Counted from the stretch's first letter, positions 1 through 13,999 are shown. The stretch is 64,000 nt of DNA from Marsupella aquatica (GCA_973895155.1 OZ316896.1:682001-746000), one strand, 5' to 3'. Notes: generated from the sequence alone by a model not told the origin. Numbers and translations are program-made.

Positions 1-478
1 TTAACACATACATTTAGCAATCTGAGTCAATTATTTCCTTACTATATAATTCGTCCAGCACGAGCTTGAGCACTACGTCGCTGTGCAATACCTTCGTTAT
101 TTCAGTGCAACATTACAACTACGGGTGAAGTCTTTTGATGATGCCTTGAACAATCTTGTGGGTGTTCAGGGTAAGCAGTTCGAATACACGAAACTTGCTT
201 CAACAAAGGAACATAAAGGAAACAAAGTGCTAATTTTCTGAGCGACCTCACGATGTTTTGAGTGCAAGATCAAATTAATACACCGAGATAAATTAAGGGA
301 GCGATAGGTAGATGGGAAACAGCACGAGCTGTTTTACGTCAAAATTGTGCCTAATTTCGATAGTACGAAAGAGGTACCGACGGGAAGCCAACACAAGTAC
401 ATCTATGCAAGGTAATATTTAATCGCCCAGGACTTTCTTAAAACTGGACACTAAGAAAGGTTTCTAGGAGAAACCTAC

Positions 479-3400
479 CCATTCGATGAGAGTGATAGTG
501 CTGCCATCTGGACGTTCCGCAACATGAGGATGGCGACCTGAAATTATCTCCAGGAGAACCACCCCAAAACTATACACATCGCTCTTTGGAGTTAACCTTT
601 GCGTGACGAAGTACCTACATAAAATTCCGTTAAACTTATGACATTCTCTACGGTGTATGTATAATTAAGTCAATATGTTTTCCGAGAAAACACAAATAAA
701 AAGTAATTCATCTACGTTGTTTGTTCAATGACCGTGAATGAAGGAAGAAATGGCTCAGTCAATTAATAAGGTTTGATTTCATACTCTGGATCAATATACC
801 CAATCGTGCCCTTCAAGAGGGTATCAACGCCGCTGAATACGCCTTCTGGGGCCTGCTTTGAGATTCCGAAATCCGCAACCTTGGCTACCATGTTCTCATC
901 AAGCAGTATGTTGTTGCTCTTGACATCACGATGAATAATCCGCGGATGACAGTCCGTATGCAGATATTCTAGCCCTGTGAGAGTTACCGAGATGCAGATC
1001 AAGGCAAGCGTTGTTAATTTTTGGGAACAAACGAAATTTTCCCAAACGAAATAAATATACATTGGCAAGTGGATAGATTCGAATGTCGACGTTTTAGCCT
1101 CCGATATTTACCTTTTGAGGATTCATGCCTTCGATGTAGACCATTATCCGTAATTAAGCCATGTTATCAAACCTTCAATTCATATTCGTTCAGAGTTCTG
1201 ACAATTTGAATTGCCTTCCTAGTTGTCCCTAGCTACCCGGCCCGTAACCGTGACCTAGACACTTGTGGTAGGTGGGATCGAATTATCAGACCTTTAGCCG
1301 AGTTCAGAGCAATGTCAAGTCTTGTCCTCCAATCCAGACGCTTCTTTGATTTGTTGCCTACAAGATCGAAAACAGTATTGCCAAGTTAATTTATAACATG
1401 CGTTTGAGCGCTCTACACACGAAAAGGTATTTTTCCAAACGATCGAGGAGCTGGAATATAAACTATTGTAAACTAATGTTTCCATGCTCAAATGTTGCAT
1501 GGTCGCTGTCTTGGATTCAGAACAGGAATTGTTACCATAAAGGTGGTCACTAAGAGTCCCATTACAAAAATAAACGTAGATGAGAATTTGCTGGTTCTCT
1601 TCTTCACAGTAACCAACCAGCGACACAAGGTTCCTGTGGTGTATACGCGACAGTAATTCAACCTGAAAATGTACAACACATAGATGGATTGCGTACTGTT
1701 AGCAACAGACAGCTTTCGTGCCTGAGGGATCAAAGAGCAAGATACGAACGCGCGGTCGGTCATATACAATTCGCACGGAGAGTATATATGTAGCTAGCGC
1801 TTCTATTAATTAATTTCTAGAAAACAGATTGGTTGCAAACAAACCTCGTTCAAAAACTCAGTCACTCCTTGACGAGAATCTTTCTTCTTCACTTTCACAG
1901 CCACTTCTTGCTCATTCGGAAGTTTTCCATAGTACACCGGCCCGAATGATCCCTCTCCAATTTTCGTCGAGAACCTTTTTGTCGCGTCGCTCAATTCTTC
2001 TAATGTTAGCAAGGTCGTTGATGATAGTAAAGCTTTTCTACTTAATGTGTACCCCTGTGAATTTTGATTCTCTACACACAATTCAGACGAAGGAATAAAC
2101 ATTATAAAGAGAAAATCAAACAACCATTCACCGCTCGCAGTCTGCAAATCTTGAAGAAACGTTTTGCGTATGTGGGAAGAAATATGATCGCAGGTCGTCA
2201 TGTGTTGAGCATTAATCGAACTGCGTGCTTTTACACTGTGATCTAGATCTGATGTACAAGATTGCCGAGAAAATGTACATATAAAACATGCACGCTCGTG
2301 AATTGTTGCACAAGATTCATTTTGAAACAGCTAGGGAGGCGATAAGCGTTTCCTGAACATTCAAGGACGAGTGGAATTGATCACAGGATACCTATGTACT
2401 GACCTGCTTCTCCTATTGCTCTGACGATGCGACGTCTAGATCGCTTTCTTCTCGTACAAATAGCCCAAAGGATGGCAGCAGCTATTGCGAGTGCAGCAAG
2501 ACCGCCCAGGATGCCACCCACAATAGCTCTGTCTGTCGACGACCTCGACTTTGCGGGTGTGGAAGTGGGGCTGGAAGGTGCCGGTGCGAGAACACCACAG
2601 CCAGGGGTGGTACATATCATTGAAGGATTGTTCAAAACCCTGTATCCATCACAACGTGCTAGAATCAACAGCAAGGTAAGATCACTTAATTACTTAATTA
2701 TAGCTACTGCGTAATCAGAAAAGACTTATGAATTGTGACAACATATTCATGTTATATACACTCTTTGGTCTCGAGTATATCTGACAACAATTAGATATAA
2801 ACCATTTGGAGAGCAAATGCGAGCGCCACAGGTAACACAAAACTAGCTAGCCGAACCAATTTTCGGCCTACGTACCTATTACATTCCTACGTCGAACCAG
2901 TTAGAAGGGTAAGTTGGCACTAAGTCACTAGAACATGAATCTAAATAACGAACTTAACGTGACCATTATCTATTCATGAGGTCTATAATAAATTCAAGGG
3001 GACACCGTCTATCACATATTTGAGTAGGTGCGTGAAGAAATTCACGTGAAGTTCAATCCAGGTTTCTTAAGATTCGAGGGCACAGTTCCACTGAGATTGT
3101 TGTTCGCCAAGTTCCTGCACACCAAAATAGTAGTAGGGTCAAAGTCCGTTTCTCGATCCGAAGTTCAATGGCCGGTAGGGAGTCAGACTAGCTCAAACAA
3201 CCATCAAGTTTCTGCGTAATTCAATGATAAATCCTGGATTTTAGCAACAGGAATCTAAAACGGTATCTGAACAGCCAGTTACATCGAGATCAAACTGGTT
3301 TCGGGGGATCAGTTCGCAGTCGCTTCATGACGAGCTTCATTTGCTAATCATGACCGAAATCTTGAGCAATTGCTTACAAGTATGCAAATGAGGCAACCCA

Positions 3401-6400
3401 TTATCAAACCGAGAACAATGGGAGCTGATATTAGTGGACCTACTGAACTCTTATTGAAATACCCATGGCAATTACGACTTACAGTTGGGTTAGATTGGGG
3501 AGCGCACTGCCGAGAAAAGTTGGAATACCTCCACTCAGTTTGTTATCCTGTAAATCTCTGTCATCCAACTTTCACAGCCTATATTTTAAGATACAAATAG
3601 TCTTGTACTTAATACCAATTAAATATATCAACAATTTGCACTTCAAAACACACCAAGGTACAGACTGAACTTAAATCGATGGATAATTAGAGGTGTGTAG
3701 AATCAACCATAGTGCAGATAATAAAAGCTCGTCTACAGATTAAATCATGATACACTCCTTTAACAGCAGAAATTTATAACAAAGTAAGATACATCCTCAA
3801 AAGAGTTCTAGATGCAGCCGAAGAGCAGGAGTTGAACAGATTGTCAGGCTCTTACATATTTTGAAGATGCACAAGAAGGCTCAAATAATCTGGGATCGAA
3901 CCAGTGAAGCTATTGTTACTGAGTGTCCTGAGAAACACACAACATGTGGCTTTAGATGCGCTTTCAGAATGCCAAGATCGCATGTACTAACGTATAGGTA
4001 CGATTCCCGTCATGCAACACGGTCGGCACATGAATCTGATCGAGTGTCTACATCAACTACAGTTGCTTATCAATCATTCCAGTGAAGGGAAATGGGAGAC
4101 TACTAGTATAAATCCCTCATCCCGTTGATGGGAGTCCGAGGTGGAGAAGGACTTACAGATGCACAGTACTCCCTCGGACCCGGGCATTAGTTTGCTTAGA
4201 CCAGGATTTCATTTATATTTTAAAAACTTACACTACTAAATATTATAGTAGACTTTTCACTGAGTTACAAGTTTTTTTACCTCATTGCATCCACTCTCAG
4301 ATAGTACCTGGACCACGGCCTTAGTTCAATAAAACAGAAGGTTTCAAAAGGTTCCAAACTGCACGGAACGTAACTCACTCGGTTACAATAGATATCTTTA
4401 AACTCATTGTGTCCCCTCTCACATAGGATTAAAGTTCATGGTAGCAAAAACGAACAGGGCTAAAATTTGAGACACTGGTTCAAACCATTCAAAACCCTTT
4501 CCGGTACACTTCATTGTTACTAATGGTGGCAACGGTACTTCGATTAGTTTTTCAATGATCAAAATTCGTGTAGCCGTAACTACTTCTCTACCAGGAGGGT
4601 ACTGCCCGTGACGAGAGATGAATTGAATGATTGCTTTAGTTAATGTAAAGATGAAATGAAGCGATGAAATGAATGATTGCTTAGTTAATGTCCAAGAGAT
4701 CAAATGAATGATAAATTGCTTAGTTCATGTCCAAGAGGATCACAAGCAACAGTGTACAATGGGTTCCCCAGCGATATGAAAATCGGAGAATTCCGTACCA
4801 CCTTGGTTCCAAACATTGGACAGTTCGATATTAATTGGTTGTTAAGGATTAGGTCTGTCTGAAAGTCCATTTTATCCTGCTGAAAACGTACATAGTTGTT
4901 TAACATCACAAGTTAACACATGCGATCTTCTTTCGATGACGAGATGAAACTTACAAATTAGTCAACGCTGTGAGGAATGAGATCTGCGTTGGGATATTCC
5001 CAGCGAATCCTTGATTTCCTAGATACCTGCAAAGAAATTATTTGCACTAGTGAGAAATTTTCCTTCTTATCAGGACTCTCGTGAACATTTAGCTCGCAAA
5101 TAACTAACTGCACAGTTCCTACCATGACTGTAGCTCGACGACCACGGTGCTTCCAGATGTGCTATCCTATCGCACTGCTAGATTTGCAATTAGAAATTAC
5201 TATTCAAATACTATGTGAATCGTCAGATTAAATTATAAACACTCACAGTGCGGTTATGCGTGGAGCGACCGGATCGTTATTGCAATTCAACCAGTCAAAT
5301 GGTCGGGGAATACAGGGATCACCAATCCAATCAGTTATGTTGAGGACGGATTGGAGACCAGCAAGATTGCTCACTGCGCAGAGGAGTAAAAGAAGGTCCC
5401 ATTTTAGACCTCTTGCCACTACTTCCAGGTGTAGTGGTTAACGCAATAAACATATCTAATTAATCTCATGTGCGCGCATGCGATCACAATCCAAAAAATC
5501 TCATGTGAGACAACTCTTCAATATATGTTCGATCATTCCCCAGAAGACTTACCGTCTTCAGCAGAAGTAGCACGCTGGTCGTAAGGGATTAACGCATAGA
5601 TCTCATAGGCATTCAAGATCGGCCCAAAGATGGACGAGTTGCTTTGTTGAACGGTGATGGTCAAATTGCTGTTCGGACTCATTACACTGGAATAAATCTC
5701 CAAAGGTGTATCCAAGCTGCTGCTGAATGACTTAATCAACTGATTGTTCAAATAGTAATTCATGCCCCGGACATTGGTCATAGAGACATTGCTGTCCAGC
5801 TCCTGGAAGTACGCAGCAACGTAAAGACCTTGGGCTTGTCCGGGGTTTAGCGGTCCTTCATACATGACCTCAAGAGAGCTGGGGTCGTACCAGGCAGTCT
5901 GCATTACAGTTTGTGGCGTTTGATCCTGGTCTTGTGCAAACGAATTAGACGAGCCGGCAGGAATATTGGGGTTATTTATTGCAAGGAAGTTCTCATTTGT
6001 ACCGAATAAACTCCAGATCCGGTCGTAAGGATCATCTGGGAATCTGTGATTGCAAAATTCGAACGTCTATGAGTGCAAATAGCACATAAGCAAAAGAGGG
6101 GAGAGATACACCATCAACAGGCAGGAACATATATACAGATCTACCTGCATATATCCAGATGGTCCGCGCGAAAAGGAACTGCATGTGAACACATCTACTC
6201 CAAATAACATCCCACTGTGATTTAGATGTGACAATGTACACAGTCAAGTCAAGAAGACACCGGAAACTCAAATAGCTGGCCCGGAAATTGTGTAATTGGA
6301 GACAACCCGATTTACGTACCTCCACAACTGAATGGGCCCCGTTTCAGGGGGCCCACAGTTAACTCTAGTGTTGAAGTCGAGCCAATATGGTTTTCCTGGC

Positions 6401-8623
6401 CCTAAGACGGCAGAGTACATGTCGGGTGCGAGCTGCCTAAGCTCCAATGCGGATATAAACATTGGTCCGTCAATTCGTACCAGGCATACATCTAAAGTGC
6501 TTCCGGGAACGGAATATATCATTTCGTAGTTATCTGAAACGTAGCGTTTATCTGCACGTAACCTTTCAATCAGTCAAAACCAACAACCCACATCCTCAGG
6601 TTCCGTATGCATTCTACATTGAGTACAGCGATTTCAAATCCATGTCGATACAATGGATTTGAAATCGCTCCCACAGACTACACCATTCTTTGACGAGAGT
6701 TTCAATGTAAACAAGATTTTCAACGGGCTACTAACAGATTTGACATATGTTAATTAAGCCTTCTCCCCCAAAATTCACTAGTACGCATCTGTCATCCTTC
6801 GCAGCATGGATCGACCCTAGCTAGCTCGCTAAGAGTCTTGATCGAAGCGGTTTCTTAGGTTATAATATTCCAACAAAAAAATTTCAAACAGCAAATTTCG
6901 AAGCTAGCTCTAGATTTGAAATGTCTTTTTCTTTCCCCAAACACACCCCGACACTGGAGACCTTCCGGCTCACAGCTTAGTTCGGAGCAAGAAGAAATAT
7001 ATTTTCGGTGCTCAACTTTAGCGTTTGAGCATCCACCAGCGATACATATATATCAGAGCCCCTCATCAAATCCGAAAGCTGGGACACGGACGGTACGATT
7101 TGGAAACGATTGAGCAGGTTGGTACTTACCTTCGGTCCATTGCAAGTTCAGCCAATTGAGGTGGTCCACAAACACTTCGAAAGCGCCAAAGCTACTATCA
7201 CTTAAGTTCCCAAAGTAGAACGTTGCGCGTAAGAGATAAGTTGACCCAGTCTGCACAGGCAACGAATAGCAGTTTCTGCTGCGTGTACTATCGAAATATC
7301 TTAGCGTCGCTGCTTGATATCGGTTCACGAGGGAGTCACTATTATTTTTGACCAGGATATTTACATTCTTTCCCACTGTCTTGCTGTAAGTAGCATCGGT
7401 CTCCCAATGGATCCCAGTGTTATCTTTATAGGGTATATCACTTCCACAGTCAATACTCAAGAATCCTGCATAGAAGGACAGAATTAAATGTATATCAAAT
7501 TCTCATTGATGTGCAAAAGAGAGCCCCTGAATGTACAGTATTTCATCAAGCATTACCTTCGTGGAGGGATGGACAAAACTGTTTTCTCATTATCTGTTAA
7601 ATTCAAACTCATTATTGGCATTTGTGTTTGTGCACAACAATGTATCCTTTTTTGGGTCATGTACACATGTGCAGGAATATAAAGCCAGGGGAGCCTGTGA
7701 CGTCGATATCGCCTTAGTTTCCAATCATATTTTTTCATGTGCAGAAATATAAAGCAAGAGGAGGTTGTGACGTCCTGAAGAACTTCTACTAAACCTTAGC
7801 TACTTCAAATAATTTTATAGGTGCTTATTCTCTCTAATTCCACGTTCATTTTCATAGCAAGCCATTCCTTAGCATCTAGCAAAAGCAGCAGCGAACAGGC
7901 TTCGAAGATCGCCGACAAAATTCTGCCACAATGGGAATGACCACCTTCTGAGAGTTCTATTCTCGCATTAAGCTCTTCGCATTTGTCATTTGTTACCGTC
8001 CAAGTACAAGTCTTACTAAATGATATGGCTCCTCTCTAGCTAGGATGCTCTAACAGAATTTCCACATAACTTGTCCACCATCAATTGCCTTCTCAACCCT
8101 TCATGAGAACCAATGCGCCAGGTGGATCCAATTATGCATCCTCAAACCGATACGCCTGGTGGATCCGATTATGCATCATCTTGAAATAAAGCATGGTGCA
8201 GTGGACTTGGAGGATCTTGCGACTTGGACTTGGAGGATCTTAAGCCACAGACATCTAGATATGCGCAGCTAGATGTGCGAAAGAAATACACGACACCACA
8301 CCTGCAGAACCTGTATCCCAAGTACTTTGACCGAACGCCACTATTCTAGCTCTTACTATGCTCAATCGAGGTTTCTTGTTGTTCACTCAAAGTCCGGAAG
8401 AACAGCAATATATACCATGCATGCCAAAGTCACATATGCAGCATCGGACAAATGTGTGCTAGGGTATGTGCGCTTAATTAGTTGACATCAACTCTCTGCC
8501 AAAGTACCTTGTGGATGGAGAAAACTCACCTTGTTGGCTTTTAACAGCAGAGATGCAAGCAAGACAAATGACCAGCAGAAACCAGAGCCAACGTGGGCAT
8601 CTTCCTCCATCGAGGATCTCCAT
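479..8623 (-). CDS. Malectin-like domain LRR receptor-like kinase (LRR-I / IOS1-SYMRK-like architecture), copy A; multi-exon, last exon outside the window
   Basis: GT-AG exons 8623-8530 (signal-peptide-like [23 protein letters not shown]), 7465-7130 (GFLSIDCGS), 6551-6320 (FISALELR) and 6043-5553 ([11 protein letters not shown]...PILNAYEIY), with consistent phases. Then ~5373-5247 (WIGDPC), LRR exons ~5027-4956, ~3556-3482 and ~3114-3046, TM exon ~2639-2404 ([25 protein letters not shown]), and kinase exons ~2071-1845 (GEGSFG, VAVK), ~1662-1537, ~1357-1292, ~973-782 ([17 protein letters not shown]) and ~613-479 (SDVYSFGV). Confidence 0.92.
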
Positions 8624-9423
8624 GATCACCGTACAATCCTGCCTCAAGACGCGGGGCTATTGATCCAATTGACCAAGTCTGTCATCTCGCCTTAGTCTCC
8701 ATTGATTCAATCCTGCTGTTCTACAGGGGTTCTACAAAGTCTGCGATTGAGACGACGTCTTTCCAAACAGGCAGTGCCAACTGCTATGTCTTAAACTGAC
8801 TCAGGACGATGTTCCGCCAAGCAAACCTGCTCTGGTCAATCTACTAGCTCCAGGCTCACTTTCTATCAGCAGACTATCCAACCCGTATCCATGATTCAAA
8901 CAACAATCCAATCTTGACGCTCTGAAAGCAACCTTTCTTTCCTTGGTTGCAAGTTGCGGGAGCAAATCTGTGATCAGCACTATCCATAACCGTACCGAAA
9001 ATGTATTCAAATTGGAATCCAATCTTCGAGATCTGGGTGCTCTTCTTTTTTCTAATCAAACTTTGCAAGTTGCAGAGCAGAGGCGGCTTTACTCTACTAG
9101 CTCGGTCTAGGGAGACGGAACGTGTGAAACCACGGATCATTCGGTGCAAGGTCCAAACTCCAAAGCTCAAAAGTCAGGCTGGCCGGGGTCATGCAGAACT
9201 CTGACGAAGAACAAAACTTTTTCTTTGCGTCAGACTGACACATTTATGGCTCTACAATGACGACGTTCATTCTGGAATTGAATATTCTATCAAAGCTTCA
9301 ACAGAGCCTTCTTCAAAAGCGATCATCAATTATACTGTAAACTAAACAAGTCCTCCTGTCAGTTGCTCTTGTTGCTGTCCAGAGAATGACCATGCAATTC
9401 TGCAAGGCTCGAACACCGGATCT

Positions 9424-10400
9424 GGTGAACCTTTCTTACCTGATGGGCCTCTAGTTAACTTTTTTTACCAAGAAGGACCCCTCTTAATGACCAGTACACC
9501 TGTTCTTGTGTGGTACCTACACCTGTCCTTGTGTGGTGCCTACTATATATGGTGACTCCAAGCAAACTGCACAGTTGAACCGTGCGATCAACTTTGCATG
9601 GTCGACCGAGAAACCACGGAGATGATTCGGGAGAAACCGCGAAAAGCAACTACCGCTGTCGAAACTATGATTTGAAAACAATATGCATTATGTCTTTGGA
9701 TTCAATGGGTTAATGTCTGAAGACTCAATGGATTATGTCTTCCCGTGTTTCAAGGTTTAGGGTTTAGGGTGTACCCCACCCCGACACCTTTGGGTCTGTC
9801 TTCTTTTGAAATTGTTTGTATGCATTGCACAGGGAAGTATTACCATTTTTTGAGCACAATTGTCAATCATTTGCCAATTTTTGTTGTGGCGGCAGTAGGC
9901 AAATTCTAAACATTGAACTTGAATATTCTTTGTGGACATTTGGAGGTACCCCACACTGACCCTGACAGTCGTGCATGAAAACATCGTGAAAAACCCATGT
10001 GCGCAACGTGAAGAACATACCTAATAACTACCCCACGATACGGTAAAAATTTGAACCCGAAGACATAATCCATTGTGTCTTCAGGCATTAACCCAGTGAA
10101 TCCGAAGACATAATGCATATTGTCTTCAAATCGCAGTTTCGACAGCGACAGTCGCTTTTCGTGGTTTCTCCCGAATAATCTCTGTGGTTTCTCGGTCGAC
10201 CATGTAAAGTCGACCGCACGGTTCAACTGTGCAGTTTGCTTGGAGTCACTGTACATAGTAGGCACCACACAAGGACAGGTGTAGGTACCACACAAGGACA
10301 GGTGTAGGCACCACACAAGAACAGGTGTACTGGTCATTAAGAGGGGTTCTACTTGGTAAAAAAAGTTATCTAGGGGCCCATCAGGTAAAAAAAGTTCACC
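9424..10400. mobile_element. Foldback / long-TIR non-autonomous element (~320-340 bp arms)
   Basis: 9424-9741 (GGTGAAC...GGATTATGTCTT) is the reverse complement of ~10060-10400 (AAGACATAATCC...GTTCACC). The right arm has an extra ~21-bp CCACACAAGGACAGGTGTAGG unit. No clear TSD. Confidence 0.85.
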
Positions 10401-10644
10401 CGGGGGCCATCAAACATATATCGTAGAAAGCACATCATAAGATGTGCAATCATGAAGGTACGGAGTTCCGCACTCTAATGCGTTGAATAATCAATGTCAT
10501 TTTTGTAGATAAAGGGATTTTTGTTTTTGCCAGATACTACTACTTGACTTGTTTGGCCTCTTTAGTCTTCTGGTTTTTCTCTTCCCGGTTCTTTTGCCTT
10601 TGGATCATGTCTCCTGGAATGGGCAGTATGATATGATATATATA

Positions 10645-10855
10645 AGGGCTTCACAAGGAACTAGAGGGACAGAAGTACGGTAGTATTTTTCCAGGACCAA
10701 GTCTGCTCTAGATGCCCTGTCAGTAATGCTTTGAATAAATCATGCTGTAGATGCCCTGTCAGTAATGCTTTGAATAAATCAATGTCATTTTTTAGATGAC
10801 TTCACAAGGAGCCAGAGGGACAGAAGTACGGTAGTATTTTTCGAGGACCAAGTAC
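10645..10855. repeat. Local direct duplications
   Basis: CTTCACAAGGA..AGAGGGACAGAAGTACGGTAGTATTTTTC..GGACCAAGT occurs twice, and TAGATGCCCTGTCAGTAATGCTTTGAATAAATCA occurs twice. Confidence 0.8.
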
Positions 10856-12359
10856 CATAGATGCCGGTGGGTAATCCGATATCAAAATGTGGCAACATAT
10901 TTTTCCAGACCAAGTCTAGATGTAGTGTGTGCACTCATTAATTTAAAAATAATAATAACGTTTATCATGGTGGATAATCACATATCAAAATGTGATAACA
11001 TACTGTGTTCCCTTATTGATTTAAAAATAATAATGAGGTTTATCATGGTATGAAAGAATGACTTATGCAATAAATGTTATATTCTGATCTAGATGGATGA
11101 AAGACTAGAGGAGACCAACAAGAAGTTTCTAGACCCATGTGTAATCTCAGTCATGACAAAAAACAAAAACACCAGAATTGGGGAGGCAAAATAGCCCAAT
11201 ATAGGGAGTGAAAGGAAAAGGCCTCAAGAAGACCCACAAGAAGTTTCTAGGCTCATACGAAAACGCCAAATTGGGGAGGCAAAACAGCCCAATCAATAAA
11301 GGGAGTGAAAAAAGGCCTCAAGAACTCAAGACTCACAAGAAGTTTCTAGGCTCACATGCATGTCATGTGAGCTGTTAGAGTTATTTAATTTGTGATACTG
11401 CTGGACTATATAAATGCTCTGGCTGCCATTTCAACTGGGATGCTCAACTGACATGGCAGTTGGTGGGTACTGATGTGGGTCCTGAGAAGTAATGGCAAAA
11501 TGGTGACCTATATATTGTTTTGGTCTCCAAAGTTTAGATACTTCAAGAGTAGATGGTCTAAGCTTTTGTGATTTGGATCTCTTGGAGTGTACTGATTGCA
11601 TCCGTAACTCGAACAGCTCCCCTAGTCCTAGGCAGGGGAAGCTCAACTTTAGACTAAAAGTTGTCAAAAGAATTTGGTCAGACATGGAAACTTTTCACTC
11701 TTTTATTGTTCTTTTAAGGCCATCCTCAAGTCGGTTGAGGAACAGTTCCACTGTTTTCTCGTTCATGTAAAGCCACTCTCAGGTCTATTACAGTCCAGAG
11801 TCAAGAAGGGTCAATTACCTTATAGTTAACGGTTCTAATGGCATCCCAGTCCAGAAAAAGAGACTTGTCCCTCCTCTTGTTCTTGTAAAGCTCCGCAAGA
11901 ATGCACAGTCTAGTTTTGGTATCTGGCCAGCTTAATTTTTGAGGTTTACCCTAAACCCTACACCTTTTGAAGCTCATTGGACCCCTTGCTTTTAAATATA
12001 AATTTACATAAAGGAAACTAATGCAGAAAGAAAGTTCTCGTAGGCCTTCAAGTGTACTAACGGAGTAGTATGGCAATAGTAGCCCCTTAAAATTCAAGTC
12101 AAAAAGCCTCCTTTTGGGGGGTATTATAGCCCATAATGCCCTGTTATAATGATTACTGCTTCTTATAGTGGCTGGTAAAATAAATCAGTGGAAAGTTTAG
12201 TTTGCCATGCAAAATTCTGTCATCCCATACAAGATGAGAACCCTGATGAGAATAAAAGCAAGGATTGGTCACAATGTTTGACAACCAAATTGCAACCTAC
12301 ATAGAGCATTTTGTATTTTGACTCAAATAGCATTGTTCTTTTGTATAAAATAATCACAA

Positions 12360-13445
12360 CATAGTGACGGACTAAATGAGAAGTGTGACCACACTCTCAT
12401 TTTGCCTACATCTCTCAGGCAAAAAAGTACTGGATACGGAATCGGTATTCCCTCTAAAAACCCAGATTTGAGATTTTGAAAATGGGAAAAAAATGACTTG
12501 AATCCAAAGCACGGATACGATGTATCCCATTTTGGATCCCACCACGGTTTTAAAAACCAAAACAAAACAACAAATGCAGTAAAAGGGGCGAGGTTGGTTT
12601 ACCCATCAAGAATATTCCTAGAAAATTCTATTTAACGGTAACTTTCAACCAACTGCGATGAAACTGCGGTTAGAAACTGACCACGGTCGGGGGGAAACTA
12701 TAATAGGAGAGCCCCGACTCAAATCTTTCCATTCATTTCTTCTCGCTCCCACATCCTCTTGCTCCCAGGAATCTACACTCTCTATGCGAAATTGTATCCC
12801 CCAAAATCAGACTGGATGAACAAGTGAAATTGATATATCTTTTAATTTGGAAATGATGAGGACGGACCCCAAATGGGATACGGTTTGGGATTCAATCTTC
12901 AAAAATTCAGTTTGGGTGTCATAAACTTGAGAAAATGAAGTTGGATGCAAAGTGGGATACCCTGTATTCCACTTCGCATTCAACCTCTGAATATGACGCA
13001 TTTAGGTGCAAAATGTAGGAAATTCAAGGTTGAATGCAAAATGGGATACCACCCACTTTGGATTCAACCAGCGAATCACACGTATTTTAGAATCAAAAGA
13101 TAGAAATATAATTCAATGTTGAATGCGAAGTGGGATACGAGGTATCTCATTTGGTATTCAAACTCTGAATATATCTCAGGTTAAGTATGAAAGGTAGAGG
13201 TTGAATGCGAAGTGGGATATCGTGTATCCCATTGGGTATCTCACAATAAACACAGTGACGGGCCAAATGAGAAGTGTGAACACACTTCTCATTGTGTCCA
13301 CGGCAAAAAAAAATCTAAGGCAAAAAAATGTCAGATACATATTCTGCATTCCTTGTCAAAACTGAGTTGTTCGTTGCAAAAAAGGGGAAAAAAGTAGTTG
13401 AATGAAAATGTGTGATATGGCGTATCCCATTTCGCATCCCACTAA
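12360..13445. mobile_element. Probable non-autonomous DNA-transposon remnant with TGGGATAC/GTATCCCA motif array and CACAGTG-initiated hairpin ends
   Basis: Two direct copies of CA(C/T)AGTGACGG(G/A)C(C/T)AAATGAGAAGTGTG..CACAC(T)TCTCATT at 12360 and 13251. Repeated GTTGAATGC(G/A)AA(G/A)TGGGATAC motifs occur in inverted pairs. Confidence 0.55.
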
Positions 13446-13999
13446 GTTTTTCCAAAGAAAGAAAAATCTCAAACGATAGTAAAACCTCTATGGTCATATT
13501 ACATGTGCACAATCTCTCATGAAAAGGATGAGGTCAACACCCGTGAAAGTAGTAAAGGTTGAAGATGTCCTATATTTGAAAACAAGGGTTGAAGATGCTC
13601 TCGTCCAAATAAGAGCATCTCTACCCAGTTGGCTTTTGGCTACTCAGTATTTGATATACCTATTGTAGTCAGACAGATTTTTGTCCTTTTTTAAGTTCGT
13701 TGTACATTTCTATTGCCCTGACAGGATCATACCCGGGATCATTTCCCTAAACAATAGAGATGAGCAACTGACTACCTTAGACTTAAATCTTTGAATTGAA
13801 AACTTAGCAACTGACACGATAGAAAGTGAGGTACTGTATATTATTCTCAACAGAAAGTGAGCTACCACTACCTTCCACCATTTGAAATCGTAAATATTGC
13901 AAAATCCCCCCAAAACAATGAATCTTGTGAGTCAAAGAGCAAATAAATTCAAAAGGCTTGAAGTGGAAGCATGAGAAAATAAATATTTTTAATTGAATA

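Noticed and set aside
2427-2714. Plus-strand ORFs overlapping RLK, PPR and kinase exons (this one and others such as 22444-22827 and 57937-58731)
   Set aside because: Antisense shadows of real coding exons.
9754-9770. Interstitial telomere (TTTAGGG), also near 11948 and 41329
   Set aside because: Only about two units each; too short to indicate a chromosome fusion.
11430-11950. Retroelement gag-like remnant
   Set aside because: All frames are interrupted and I could not recognise a diagnostic motif.
13251-13300. Full V(D)J-type RSS (heptamer plus nonamer) between the receptor genes, implying somatic rearrangement
   Set aside because: No ACAAAAACC-like nonamer at 12 or 23 nt. Other CACAGTG hits (~5244, ~25290) are just the reverse complement of an exon/GTGAGT donor junction. 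Nothing supports receptor rearrangement.
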